Positions 1 to 8,460 of a stretch of 37,898 bases of DNA are shown here, one piece after another. The position numbers and the translations under genes were made by a program. Within the stretch, counting starts at the first letter, position 1, and each line of letters opens with the position of its first letter. The notes under the pieces were generated by a model. It searched no databases, was not told the origin of the DNA, and saw only the letters and a list, made by a program, of their open reading frames with translations. Origin of the DNA: Bdellovibrionota bacterium (GTDB lineage Bacteria; Bdellovibrionota_C; UBA2361; JBIKWN01); NCBI GenBank assembly GCA_044356295.1, contig JBIKWN010000020.1, positions 1-37,898 on the forward strand, in the 5' to 3' direction.

Positions 1-1792
1 CCCAATCAGCAAGACCTACTTCATCGTTTTCAAAACGTTCGGGTTTAATCAGAAACTCTCTTCCTTCCCATGTATCAGGAATATCTGCGTTAAACCAAAA
101 ACTTCTTCCCTTCACAATTCTTCCGTCGCCAAGATCAAACCATGCAAGTCCCTTCTCTGCTGACATCTCATGTTTTAATTCCTCAGCACTGACAAGATCT
201 TCTTCATCTTCTGAAAGCGAGATCATATTCGACTCGCCACCCATTTGACGTGCCGCCATATCAACTGGTCCACGAAAAACATGTGATTGTGTACTCGTTG
301 TTATTCCAGCACCCATTGATTTTTTATAGGTGTTAATTTTTCCAAACCACTCAGCCATCTCCATTGCAGTTCGGTTATCACCGATTCGCATCATGACTTT
401 TAAATTCACATTCGCCATGACTCGTTCATAAAATGCTTCACTGAGTCCAAGCGCTTGATCCGTAAGACCACCAGCCGACTGAGCACCAAAGATCAGTGCA
501 AATCTACCTTTTCGAGCGAGCTCAAAAAGATTCGCCCAGGTTGGTCCAAAGGTCGACGATCCCTCATCGATAACAACTAAATGTGGATCTTCTAAGTTAT
601 GGACTCTCGAAGATGTAATCTCTCCGATACTGACTTCTAGATCTTCACGGAATAGTTTTACCATCCGCGCGGCACTCTCGGCTTCTTCTAACCGAGGTAA
701 CATAAAGTAGATAATTTTACCGCGTAAAATAGCATCAGTCAGAACTAAGTCAGTATATTTGGTGCAAAAAATCCCCCCCATTTCAGATCCTGCGATCGCA
801 TGAAGCTCTGAGGCTATCCCTCGAAGGTTGTCAGTTATTCGTGCAGTATCGAGTGTACCTTTTGGATTTCTGTAACTTGATGCTAAGTGTCCAAGCTCAA
901 CCATTGCTTGACGTGCCCCTACGCGGTGAAGCATCTGCCTTAATTGTGGATAGGCAATATTAAATGCAGACAATGCAACGGCTATGTCTTTAATTGACCA
1001 TGCCAGTCCCATACTCTCGAGAGCTCGAACCATTCTATAAATTGAATCTGCTGCTAATCGGTCATAGTGTTTTGTTGTACTTTGATCAGATGTTGGAGGA
1101 AGTCCAGCTCTTAAAACTTTTCTAGCTTTTACATCAGCACGCTGGTTTGTCATTACAAAATTATATGCATGCACTGGATCAAACGGATCGATCACAATCA
1201 GATCTTCAATGCGTCCCGTCACAATCGCCATCATGATAATATGTGCAAGTGTTCCCGAATCTCTTTTTGCATCAATAAAAGTACAACCACTCGCTCGTCC
1301 ACGAGCCATCTGTTGATACATGAGTGATTCAACCCAAAGAGTTTTTCCTACTCCTGTTTTTGCAAATACCGCAGCATGTGTACAAATATCTTCATCACTA
1401 ATCCAAAGTGGTTTTCCTGAATCCAGTTCAAAACCTACAAGATATTTATCAAGAACTGGTTTTCCACGTGCTCGGGCATCTTCAATTGCTTCTGCAAATG
1501 CATCTCGTTCTGGCGGCATTCCAAGAACTCTTTTTCCACCGCGACGTTTCGCTTCTCTATCACGCTCACTTTCAAGAAGATAATCACGAGTAAGTTTCTT
1601 ACCGAGCTGTCCCATGAGTAACCCTGGAATGATACTCAGTGCGAATAACCCTGATGGTCCGAAATAACTACCTAACGGCGAGGCAGCAAGAACAAGCGCA
1701 ACAAACGAAGCAAGCGCTGAATACTTAATGGTTCGTTTGAGTTCATCTGCATGCTCTTGATTGAAATCATCCCGGGTATACTTACGTGCCAC
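1..1792 (-). CDS. traD: Type IV secretion coupling protein (TraD/DotL/VirD4-type ATPase), 3' end beyond the window
   Basis: Not in the ORF track; translated by hand. GTG at 1792-1790 follows the Shine-Dalgarno GAGGAGGA, and the frame is open to the window edge (MARKYTRDDF...). It has two N-terminal hydrophobic segments, HAAVF-AKTGVGKT (Walker A-like), FIDAKRD, LVVIDE (Walker B), ARKGRFALIFGAQS and NVNLKVMMRIGD. Confidence 0.85.
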   Translation of the reverse strand, partial: MARKYTRDDFNQEHADELKRTIKYSALASFVALVLAASPLGSYFGPSGLFALSIIPGLLMGQLGKKLTRDYLLESERDREAKRRGGKRVLGMPPERDAFAEAIEDARARGKPVLDKYLVGFELDSGKPLWISDEDICTHAAVFAKTGVGKTLWVESLMYQQMARGRASGCTFIDAKRDSGTLAHIIMMAIVTGRIEDLIVIDPFDPVHAYNFVMTNQRADVKARKVLRAGLPPTSDQSTTKHYDRLAADSIYRMVRALESMGLAWSIKDIAVALSAFNIAYPQLRQMLHRVGARQAMVELGHLASSYRNPKGTLDTARITDNLRGIASELHAIAGSEMGGIFCTKYTDLVLTDAILRGKIIYFMLPRLEEAESAARMVKLFREDLEVSIGEITSSRVHNLEDPHLVVIDEGSSTFGPTWANLFELARKGRFALIFGAQSAGGLTDQALGLSEAFYERVMANVNLKVMMRIGDNRTAMEMAEWFGKINTYKKSMGAGITTSTQSHVFRGPVDMAARQMGGESNMISLSEDEEDLVSAEELKHEMSAEKGLAWFDLGDGRIVKGRSFWFNADIPDTWEGREFLIKPERFENDEVGLADW

Positions 1793-3662
1793 GACTATCC
1801 TCCTCTTCGTCTTCACTATGAAGTGGATCGTATCCAGTCAGTAATTTTTCAAAGTAAGCTTTGTCTTCAGCAATCGAAGCACTTTCTGCTACTGCAAATC
1901 TACTTCGCCAATTTTTTCCAAGTCGTAATTCAAATGCTGTTGAGCGAAAGGGGATCATTCCAGTTTTACCAAGTAATCCAAGGCTATTGGCTTCTTTAGA
2001 CCACTCAGCTCCTCGAAATACTATATAGCCGCACGATTCTTCAGGTACGATCGTTGTTCCTACTTGTCTTGTGATCCATCCAAAACTATTAAAAATATTT
2101 CTGGAAATACTCCATCGTTGAATAATTTCTTGGGAAACTAAAAAGTCATCTGCTATCTGTTTTATTCGCACAAACGGAATCGGCAAGAAAATTCGTTGAA
2201 ATGTTGGAAGCGATCCTTTCGTCGCTTCTCCGTCTTTCATTTCATCTTTTAGATCAATTACTTTTTGAGTTTGACTTACTAAACTTATGAGATCAGAGAG
2301 TCTATCTAATTCTTCCTGTGAAATTACTTCAGAACAAATATCGACGATAGATTTTACATGAACACAAATAAGACCGGATTCAGTTGCAATAATTGATTGA
2401 AGGAGATCTTGATCGTAACTCTCTATTCGTTTAAAAAATTTATTTTCAAAAAGTTGATATGCTTTAAAACTTCTTCCATAAAGCTCAACTTCTGCAGCTA
2501 CCGTTTGCACATTTTGTGGAGCAGCTAAAAGTACTTCAGCAACTTGTCTAAGCGCTCTTGTTTTGTGATCCATCTCTTGCGGTAAACGAACAGGACCAAA
2601 GCTACTATAACGCCTTGCATAAACGAGTGATTGACGAATTGATTGACGCTCTAAGGAAGTAAAATCATCTTTATATGATGGGATCGAGTGAAGAACGCTT
2701 CGTGCATTTAGATTTATAAAACTGGAACGACGCACCCAATGATTACCCTCTTTTAGATATCCCATTGCTTTGCCAGCTTGTATTGAGAGCATCAGAGCAG
2801 CAAATTCACAGGGGTGGATCTGAGAAGCACCTTCTTGAAAGGGCATCAAGACAGACGAAAAAGTATTTTGCACAAAATGTGATGACAACAATTGATAGGT
2901 TCCGTCGATGAGACTTATATCACTGGCAGAAAACTCTTCATCTCCGGCAGGCGCGAAGAATGGATGATTTGGATACGCTAAAATATGTTGCACCAATTCT
3001 AATGTCGTATCGTTGAGTGCTTGATGTGAGGAAAGGAGTGATGTGAGTTTTGAGCTCCGAGCTGTTTCAATACTAACACGCTTTAATGTTGCAAGATTAG
3101 TTACAAGCTGTGCTGGCTCTCCTTCATCGGTAACCTCATCAAGACTTGCACGAATACCTGAATAAAAAAGTTTGCCGATACCTGTTTCTCCGAGGAGGTC
3201 TCTTCCAATATACGGACGAAATGTTTTTGTTGAAGAAAAAATTCCCCAGAGAATACAGATCAATAGAAATCGAAATGAAGCTATAAGAAAAAACGATACT
3301 CGAACCAACCCGCCAATAACGTATGCGTACGGGGTAAAGATAAAAGAATCAGCATCGAGCTGTTCAATTCTTGATAAAAGCGAAACACCAATGAATTCAA
3401 AAAGTGAAACTTCAAATTGATACCCATGCGAAACAAGCCACTCGCTAGAGGTTTGCACTGTTAACGCGATCCCCTCCTTCGTCGCTACCCGTTCAGCTAC
3501 GATTTCTGCACTACGTGACTGACGATTTGCATCTGGAAGGTAGCTTACAAAGGTAACAAAGAGAGCACTCACTACAACGTACTGAATAATACGAGCACGG
3601 TTAATAGGACGAAGTTGCCGGACCTCCTGCACCTGTTTTTTCTTGATCGCTTCAATACTCAT
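1782..3662 (-). CDS. Hypothetical inner-membrane protein, probable coupling-complex partner (DotM/TrbA-like topology)
   Basis: 626-aa ORF with 2-3 N-terminal hydrophobic segments, a large soluble domain and an acidic tail. It overlaps the coupling-protein start by 11 nt. The function is inferred. Confidence 0.5.
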   Translation of the reverse strand: MSIEAIKKKQVQEVRQLRPINRARIIQYVVVSALFVTFVSYLPDANRQSRSAEIVAERVATKEGIALTVQTSSEWLVSHGYQFEVSLFEFIGVSLLSRIEQLDADSFIFTPYAYVIGGLVRVSFFLIASFRFLLICILWGIFSSTKTFRPYIGRDLLGETGIGKLFYSGIRASLDEVTDEGEPAQLVTNLATLKRVSIETARSSKLTSLLSSHQALNDTTLELVQHILAYPNHPFFAPAGDEEFSASDISLIDGTYQLLSSHFVQNTFSSVLMPFQEGASQIHPCEFAALMLSIQAGKAMGYLKEGNHWVRRSSFINLNARSVLHSIPSYKDDFTSLERQSIRQSLVYARRYSSFGPVRLPQEMDHKTRALRQVAEVLLAAPQNVQTVAAEVELYGRSFKAYQLFENKFFKRIESYDQDLLQSIIATESGLICVHVKSIVDICSEVISQEELDRLSDLISLVSQTQKVIDLKDEMKDGEATKGSLPTFQRIFLPIPFVRIKQIADDFLVSQEIIQRWSISRNIFNSFGWITRQVGTTIVPEESCGYIVFRGAEWSKEANSLGLLGKTGMIPFRSTAFELRLGKNWRSRFAVAESASIAEDKAYFEKLLTGYDPLHSEDEEEDSRGT

Positions 3663-3697
3663 CTAACAAGAACAACGTTTAAAATTTTGCTTAAAAA

Positions 3698-3723
3698 GTC
3701 TCAGAGACCTTTCATGGTATAAT
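3698..3723 (+). promoter_or_regulatory. Extended -10 sigma-70 promoter element with an adjacent dyad (candidate operator)
   Basis: TGgTATAAT at 3715-3723 and the dyad GTCTC-A-GAGAC at 3698-3708, both in the divergent intergenic region. Confidence 0.45.
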
Positions 3724-3889
3724 TTTTAAGTGTAATTTCAGATATTTATCTATGCAACTGATGATTTTTTTACGAATTTTTACTATTTTCTGAAGCGAAT
3801 TACCCTCAAGTACCTATACTAGTTAGGAAATAATCCTTTACCGATTTGGATTTTAGTTCGAAAGAAACTGTGCATAAGGAAAAAATTTA

Positions 3890-4396
3890 ATGAGAACAGT
3901 ATTTTATCTTTTAACATCAATTCTAATAATATCTAACCTTGCCCTCGCTGATGCTCCTCCGTTGGCGGCTGTTGAAGAGGTGCCGGTACAAAAAAATGAA
4001 GCGTCTCAATCAGATACTACGAAGGAATTAGCCCAGAAATCCTCTGATATTAAGGCTAAACTACCTACTTCTTCAGCTAGACCAACAGCTCCAAGTACTT
4101 CAAACGCCACCGAAATCATCTCTGCAAAAGGCGAAAAACTAGCAATTGCCACCGGTCACTACGCGCGAGCGAGAGCCCTCCTAATCTCTGCCCTTCGTGA
4201 GTTTGATAAGGGACTTGAGCTAGTTGATCCAAATGCCCTAGTAGATGTTAATTTATGGAGAAATAGCATACTCGATAGAGCAGAAGACCTTGAGCGAATC
4301 CTTGACCCACAACCTCGAAAAAGCCGTGGAGGCGTCCGGTTTGACGACTCTACAGCAAAAACAGGAGATGCAGGTGCTCTTCGTAAAAAAAATTGA
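3890..4396 (+). CDS. Secreted hypothetical protein, first gene of the T4SS operon
   Basis: AAGGA RBS; Sec signal peptide (...SNLALA|DA); Ser/Thr/Pro-rich linker; hydrophilic helical C-terminal domain. Confidence 0.7.
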   Translation: MRTVFYLLTSILIISNLALADAPPLAAVEEVPVQKNEASQSDTTKELAQKSSDIKAKLPTSSARPTAPSTSNATEIISAKGEKLAIATGHYARARALLISALREFDKGLELVDPNALVDVNLWRNSILDRAEDLERILDPQPRKSRGGVRFDDSTAKTGDAGALRKKN

Positions 4397-4414
4397 ATCA
4401 AAGTAAGGCTATAG

Positions 4415-4422
4415 ACCGATAA
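4415..4422 (+). promoter_or_regulatory. Sigma-28-like -10 element upstream of traL
   Basis: ACCGATAA matches GCCGATAA at 7/8 positions, 13 nt before the ATG. The -35 spacing is non-canonical. Confidence 0.25.
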
Positions 4423-4435
4423 TACGTGTGCAGCT

Positions 4436-4825
4436 ATGGATAACGGCGAAGAATTAGCAATGTTAAATGAACCTTGGGCATTCTTGGGTGTGAAACTCAA
4501 TGAATGGATCACCGGTTTTATGGTGATGATCCTTATCATGGGAATCACAGGTGCAAAGTCACCTGGCATTATGCCGTTTGTTCTTATCGCTGGACTTGGA
4601 ACTGCAATATTTACTGCAGGGCTTCGAAGAAAATTCCCAGATGAAGAGCGTGGAGTCAGAAATTTTTTCATGGTGTATTTAGGCTTTGCTCCTCCAGGCA
4701 TCCCTACTCCATCTTCTCTACAACCATATTGGAGCGGTGGAAGAGTTGTTCAACTAAAAAACACTACTCGTTATCAAGAACTTGAACTCGATGAAATACT
4801 TCTCACGGATGAGGATCAAAAATGA
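4436..4825 (+). CDS. traL: TraL-like (VirB3 analogue) T4SS membrane protein
   Basis: Small protein with an LNEP..FLG..L.E start, a hydrophobic hairpin, basic RRKF and a Pro-rich tail. It lies directly before the traE-like gene (ATGA overlap). Confidence 0.7.
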   Translation: MDNGEELAMLNEPWAFLGVKLNEWITGFMVMILIMGITGAKSPGIMPFVLIAGLGTAIFTAGLRRKFPDEERGVRNFFMVYLGFAPPGIPTPSSLQPYWSGGRVVQLKNTTRYQELELDEILLTDEDQK

Positions 4826-5469
4826 GCAATAAAAAACTTCAAACATTACTCGATCAAGGTAGCGTCACTTCTGTTAAGAATGAAAGTGATACCATCAAAC
4901 TTTGGGAGTCGTATCGTCAACAAGCTCTCTTGTGGAGGGCGATTGCGCTGTTACAAATTCCTGCGACCGCACTTTCTATTATTTTTGCTCTTTTAATGTG
5001 GACAACTCGTTCTATAATTTTAAAAGTACCTGCAAAACCACTCCCTGGTACATATGCAGCTCAAGATATTCCTGATACTGAGTTTATAAATTTTACCCAA
5101 GATTTCGTGAACCTTATTGCAAGTTACCAGCAAAATGTTGCACGCAGACAATATGAACGAGCAGTGATGATGGTAACCGAGCCATACCTTACTCAGTTTA
5201 AAGAGCAGATGCTCTCATTTGAACTTCGCGCTATTGAAACAACGTCCAGAACTCAGTTCTTCTTTTCAGATCCTTCGAAGACCGAGATAAAACGTGAAGG
5301 TAGAAATGTACTCGTTTCATTTACTGGGGATCGTTTAAAAATGGTTGCTGGTCAAGAACTTCCACTAGTAAAAACAAAATATACCGTTCAACTTTCAATG
5401 ATTCCTCGAAATCCAATTAATCCCTATGGGATTGCGGTTTCAGGTTTTAGCGCAGAGGAAGCAAAATAA
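4822..5469 (+). CDS. traE: TraE-like (VirB8-like) T4SS protein
   Basis: 215 aa, single TM near the N-terminus, F...FVNL..SY helix, C-terminal NPINPYGIAV motif typical of the VirB8/TraE fold; synteny. Confidence 0.75.
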   Translation: MSNKKLQTLLDQGSVTSVKNESDTIKLWESYRQQALLWRAIALLQIPATALSIIFALLMWTTRSIILKVPAKPLPGTYAAQDIPDTEFINFTQDFVNLIASYQQNVARRQYERAVMMVTEPYLTQFKEQMLSFELRAIETTSRTQFFFSDPSKTEIKREGRNVLVSFTGDRLKMVAGQELPLVKTKYTVQLSMIPRNPINPYGIAVSGFSAEEAK

Positions 5470-5486
5470 ATTTTTAAGGAATAGCT

Positions 5487-6254
5487 ATGAAAAGAACTTT
5501 ATTTTTTCTCATTTCACTCGTTATAGCAGCACCAGCATTTGCTCGCGATCTTGATTATAACAATCAAGAAGTTGTTGTACGAGTTAATCCAGGTGAGCCA
5601 ACACAAATTCAGTTTCCTGGTCAGATATCAGGCGGTTTTAAAAGAAAAAACGCTGCTGTATCTCTCGATAAAAAAAATGAAGACTTAATTGTTTTTGCTC
5701 AAGAAGCAATTCCAGATCAAGGTGAAGCGATTATTGTTCGCTTAGAAGATGGTCGCTCGTTTTCTTTGCGTGTTCAGAGAGCTTCAGCAGAATTTCCACG
5801 TGACGACTTGATTAAAATCAACGATTCCCGGGATAGTGGACTTCCAACTGATGAAGAAGAACCACAGTACCGAGAGAAAAATTTTCAGTATGCTCCAGCA
5901 ACTGCAATTTCGGGTCTGGTACGAGAAATGATGTTGGCTACTGAGTTCGGCAAAAAATCTGTTTCTGGTTACCGTGCGAGTGATCGTTATAAAGGTCAAG
6001 TTGTTTTAGACGATGGAACCGTTCGTGCTGTTGTTGAAAACATATTTATCGGATCAAATCTTTGGGGATATGTTGTTACGGCTGAAAATCAACTCGATAC
6101 AACTCAAAAAATAAATCCTGCAACGTTTCGACTTGATGGAACGAGAGCAATTTCTGCAAATAACTGGGAGCTTGCCCCAAAACCCGTAACGGTTGAACAA
6201 CAAGTTGCAGGAAAAGATAAAGCTAAAATTTATATTGTAACAAGGTCACGGTGA
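5487..6254 (+). CDS. traK: TraK-like outer-membrane core complex protein (VirB9 analogue)
   Basis: Signal peptide (APAFA|R), beta-rich N-domain, C-terminal YVVTAEN...AIS....LAP...KIYIV pattern; lies between traE and traB. Confidence 0.75.
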   Translation: MKRTLFFLISLVIAAPAFARDLDYNNQEVVVRVNPGEPTQIQFPGQISGGFKRKNAAVSLDKKNEDLIVFAQEAIPDQGEAIIVRLEDGRSFSLRVQRASAEFPRDDLIKINDSRDSGLPTDEEEPQYREKNFQYAPATAISGLVREMMLATEFGKKSVSGYRASDRYKGQVVLDDGTVRAVVENIFIGSNLWGYVVTAENQLDTTQKINPATFRLDGTRAISANNWELAPKPVTVEQQVAGKDKAKIYIVTRSR

Positions 6255-6258
6255 TACT

Positions 6259-7479
6259 ATGTCACAGAAGTTAAATGACTTAATCACAAGAATAAAAACT
6301 GAGCGTAAGTTCACTTTTATCGCCATTGCAGTTGGTGCAGCGATACTATTCTTGATACTTTCGAGCGATCCAACACCAGTTCGCAAAAAACAAGTTGCAA
6401 AGACAGCGAATGAAAAAGCTGCAACACTTGCACAGAAAGAAGCATATGACGATATCATCACTCGCTTCCAAACTGATCTTCAAACACTCCGTGAAGATAA
6501 TAAAAGTGCAAAGAACGAATCCGCTGAGCTAAAAAAATCGATGAAAGATTATGAAGAGCGCACCGCTCAGATCTTTAATCAGATTATTAAAAAGATGTCA
6601 GATCAACCTCAAGGTCAAATGGCTGCTGGTGGTGCTGGTGGACTTCCACAACCAAACGTTAATGGACTACCTCCACGTCCAGTCAATGTAGCTGGTGGGA
6701 GTGGCGGAGAAGGTATGTCAAGTGGGATTGAAGATGTTTCACTTTCTAATCAAGAACTCGAATCATTCGGAATGGATGTGAAACAAGTTGCACCTCCTGC
6801 TCCACCTCCTGCTGAAAAAGTTGCATTTATTGGAGCTGGTGATTCAGTGCGCGTTAAACTTCTTGCAGGTGTGAACGCTCCCACTGATGGAACTCCTTAT
6901 CCAGTGGTATTCAAACTTGTAAGTGATGTGTATGGACCAGATGGTTCAGCGCTTCCAATTGGTGAAGCTCGAGTTATCGCAGCAGCACAAGGATCACTCA
7001 CTGATTCAAGAGCATTGTTTCGACTGACGAGTGTGAACATTCGATTACCAGATGGACGTCGTAAAGTTTTAAAAGCTGATGGATGGATTGTTGGTGAAGA
7101 TGGAATTCGTGGAATGTCCGGTGTCCTCATCGATCCAATCGGTAAAGCAATCGGTGGTGCTGGATTTGCTGGATTTGTACAAGGTATTGGTCAAGGTATA
7201 TCAAATGCGAATCAATCTACTCGTACTGATATTACAACGGGTGCAACAGCATCTGTTGTAACTGGAAGTGTTGCACAGTTTGCAGCAGGTCAAGGACTCT
7301 CTCAATCAGCAAACGAATGGAGCGGAATTATTCGCGAGCGTTTACAGAATATGGTGCCCGTTGTTCAAGTTTTGTCAGGTCGTGAAGCAACTGCAGTTTT
7401 TGCAAAGAACGTTACTATTTCAGGTTTGTTTGATCAGCTTGAAGAAGATGACACTGGAGCTGATGCAGTAAGCGAATAA
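6259..7479 (+). CDS. traB: TraB (VirB10/TrbI family) T4SS core protein
   Basis: N-terminal TM, coiled coil, Pro/Gly-rich linker, then LLAGVNAPT...PVV, A.GSL...RA..RL, GWIVGEDGIRGMSG and a Gly-rich antenna hairpin. Confidence 0.88.
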   Translation: MSQKLNDLITRIKTERKFTFIAIAVGAAILFLILSSDPTPVRKKQVAKTANEKAATLAQKEAYDDIITRFQTDLQTLREDNKSAKNESAELKKSMKDYEERTAQIFNQIIKKMSDQPQGQMAAGGAGGLPQPNVNGLPPRPVNVAGGSGGEGMSSGIEDVSLSNQELESFGMDVKQVAPPAPPPAEKVAFIGAGDSVRVKLLAGVNAPTDGTPYPVVFKLVSDVYGPDGSALPIGEARVIAAAQGSLTDSRALFRLTSVNIRLPDGRRKVLKADGWIVGEDGIRGMSGVLIDPIGKAIGGAGFAGFVQGIGQGISNANQSTRTDITTGATASVVTGSVAQFAAGQGLSQSANEWSGIIRERLQNMVPVVQVLSGREATAVFAKNVTISGLFDQLEEDDTGADAVSE

Positions 7480-7499
7480 AATTTTTTGATAGGATTACT

Positions 7500-7970
7500 A
7501 TGAAACATACTTTTAAATCTACACTTGTCATAGTTGCATTGAGCTTCCTGCTTACAGGGTGCTCATCTATGTCAAATATTTTAAATCCATTTTATGAAGA
7601 ACCAACACCTGAAGCTCAATTAGGTGAGCGATCAGATCGCGCACTGAATGAATCAGAGGGCAAAGGTGAAAAAGCACGTGCAGCTCTTGAAGCAATGAGT
7701 GAATATAAATCAGCACAAACACCTCGACCATATGATCCTGTTATGCAACCGGCTGTTGTACGACTTATGTGGGTTCCTGATCGTGTTAATAAACATGGTG
7801 ATTTAATTCCAGCTCACTTTTATTACTTAAAAGTGCTCAGTGACCGTTGGGCAGTTTCTGATGCCTTTGAACTTGAGGCGCAGTTAAATAAAGGCGGAAG
7901 TGGCGCAGGTAATGGTGCTGGTTCCAATGTTCCTTACACTACGATAGATGACATGGATGCGAGTAAATAA
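7500..7970 (+). CDS. traV: TraV-like lipoprotein (VirB7 analogue)
   Basis: Lipobox LTGC; motif PAVVRLMWVPDRVNKHGDLIPAHFYYLKVLSDRW; follows traB. Confidence 0.75.
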   Translation: MKHTFKSTLVIVALSFLLTGCSSMSNILNPFYEEPTPEAQLGERSDRALNESEGKGEKARAALEAMSEYKSAQTPRPYDPVMQPAVVRLMWVPDRVNKHGDLIPAHFYYLKVLSDRWAVSDAFELEAQLNKGGSGAGNGAGSNVPYTTIDDMDASK

Positions 7971-7995
7971 TTAAAACCTACTGGAGCAATTGATT

Positions 7996-8460
7996 GTGCA
8001 AAAGATTATTCATGTTTCCATTTTTACAATTTCAATTCTTTCGCTCCTGAGTGGTTGCACTCCTCGCTACACTGGTCCTGAGTATTTAACATCTCCTCGC
8101 CAAATAGCCCCGCAACCAGTCTATAACCGCGTTACGATTGCACGACCTCCAGAAGTGTTACCTTCTCGAAGTATCACTTTTAAAAATGCTCCTAAGGTTT
8201 CTCCGATGCTTCATCTTGAAGTAAACGATGTTTCTCTTGAAAACGCAGCTCGAGAACTTGGATCTTTGGCTCATTATCGTACCTATACGGCAGCTGCTGT
8301 TGCTGATAAAAATATTTCAATAGATGGACTTGGGACAATCGACGAACTTGCCGATATGATCTCAAAAGAAGCAGATGTCTACGTTTCGGTGGATCATGGC
8401 AATCATGAGATTAGAGTTTTGCCACCGAAAAAGACTTCGGCAAAACTGTATGGAAAATAG
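7996..8460 (+). CDS. Lipoprotein with a secretin-N0/STN-like C-terminal domain (DotD-like)
   Basis: Lipobox LSGC, Pro-rich linker and a ~75-aa domain LHLEVNDVSLENAARELGSLAHYR...ISIDGLGTIDELADMISKEA...VDHGNHEIRV. GTG 7996 is better spaced from GGAG than TTG 7990. The stop abuts the traC start. Confidence 0.55.
   Translation: MQKIIHVSIFTISILSLLSGCTPRYTGPEYLTSPRQIAPQPVYNRVTIARPPEVLPSRSITFKNAPKVSPMLHLEVNDVSLENAARELGSLAHYRTYTAAAVADKNISIDGLGTIDELADMISKEADVYVSVDHGNHEIRVLPPKKTSAKLYGK

Noticed and set aside
773..779. C7 run (G7 on the coding strand) as a phase-variation tract in the T4CP
   Set aside because: It is short, in frame (Met-Gly-Gly) and shows no sign of frame disruption.
1320..1999. Short plus-strand ORFs (1320, 1408, 1751)
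   Set aside because: They are antisense shadows of the coupling-protein and 626-aa genes, which carry the recognisable motifs.
4159..4701. 180-aa minus-strand ORF
   Set aside because: It overlaps the 168-aa gene and traL on the opposite strand, and has no motif or RBS.
6791..6813. Direct repeat CACCTCCTGCT x2 in traB
   Set aside because: It simply encodes the Pro-rich VirB10-type linker (APPAPPPA).
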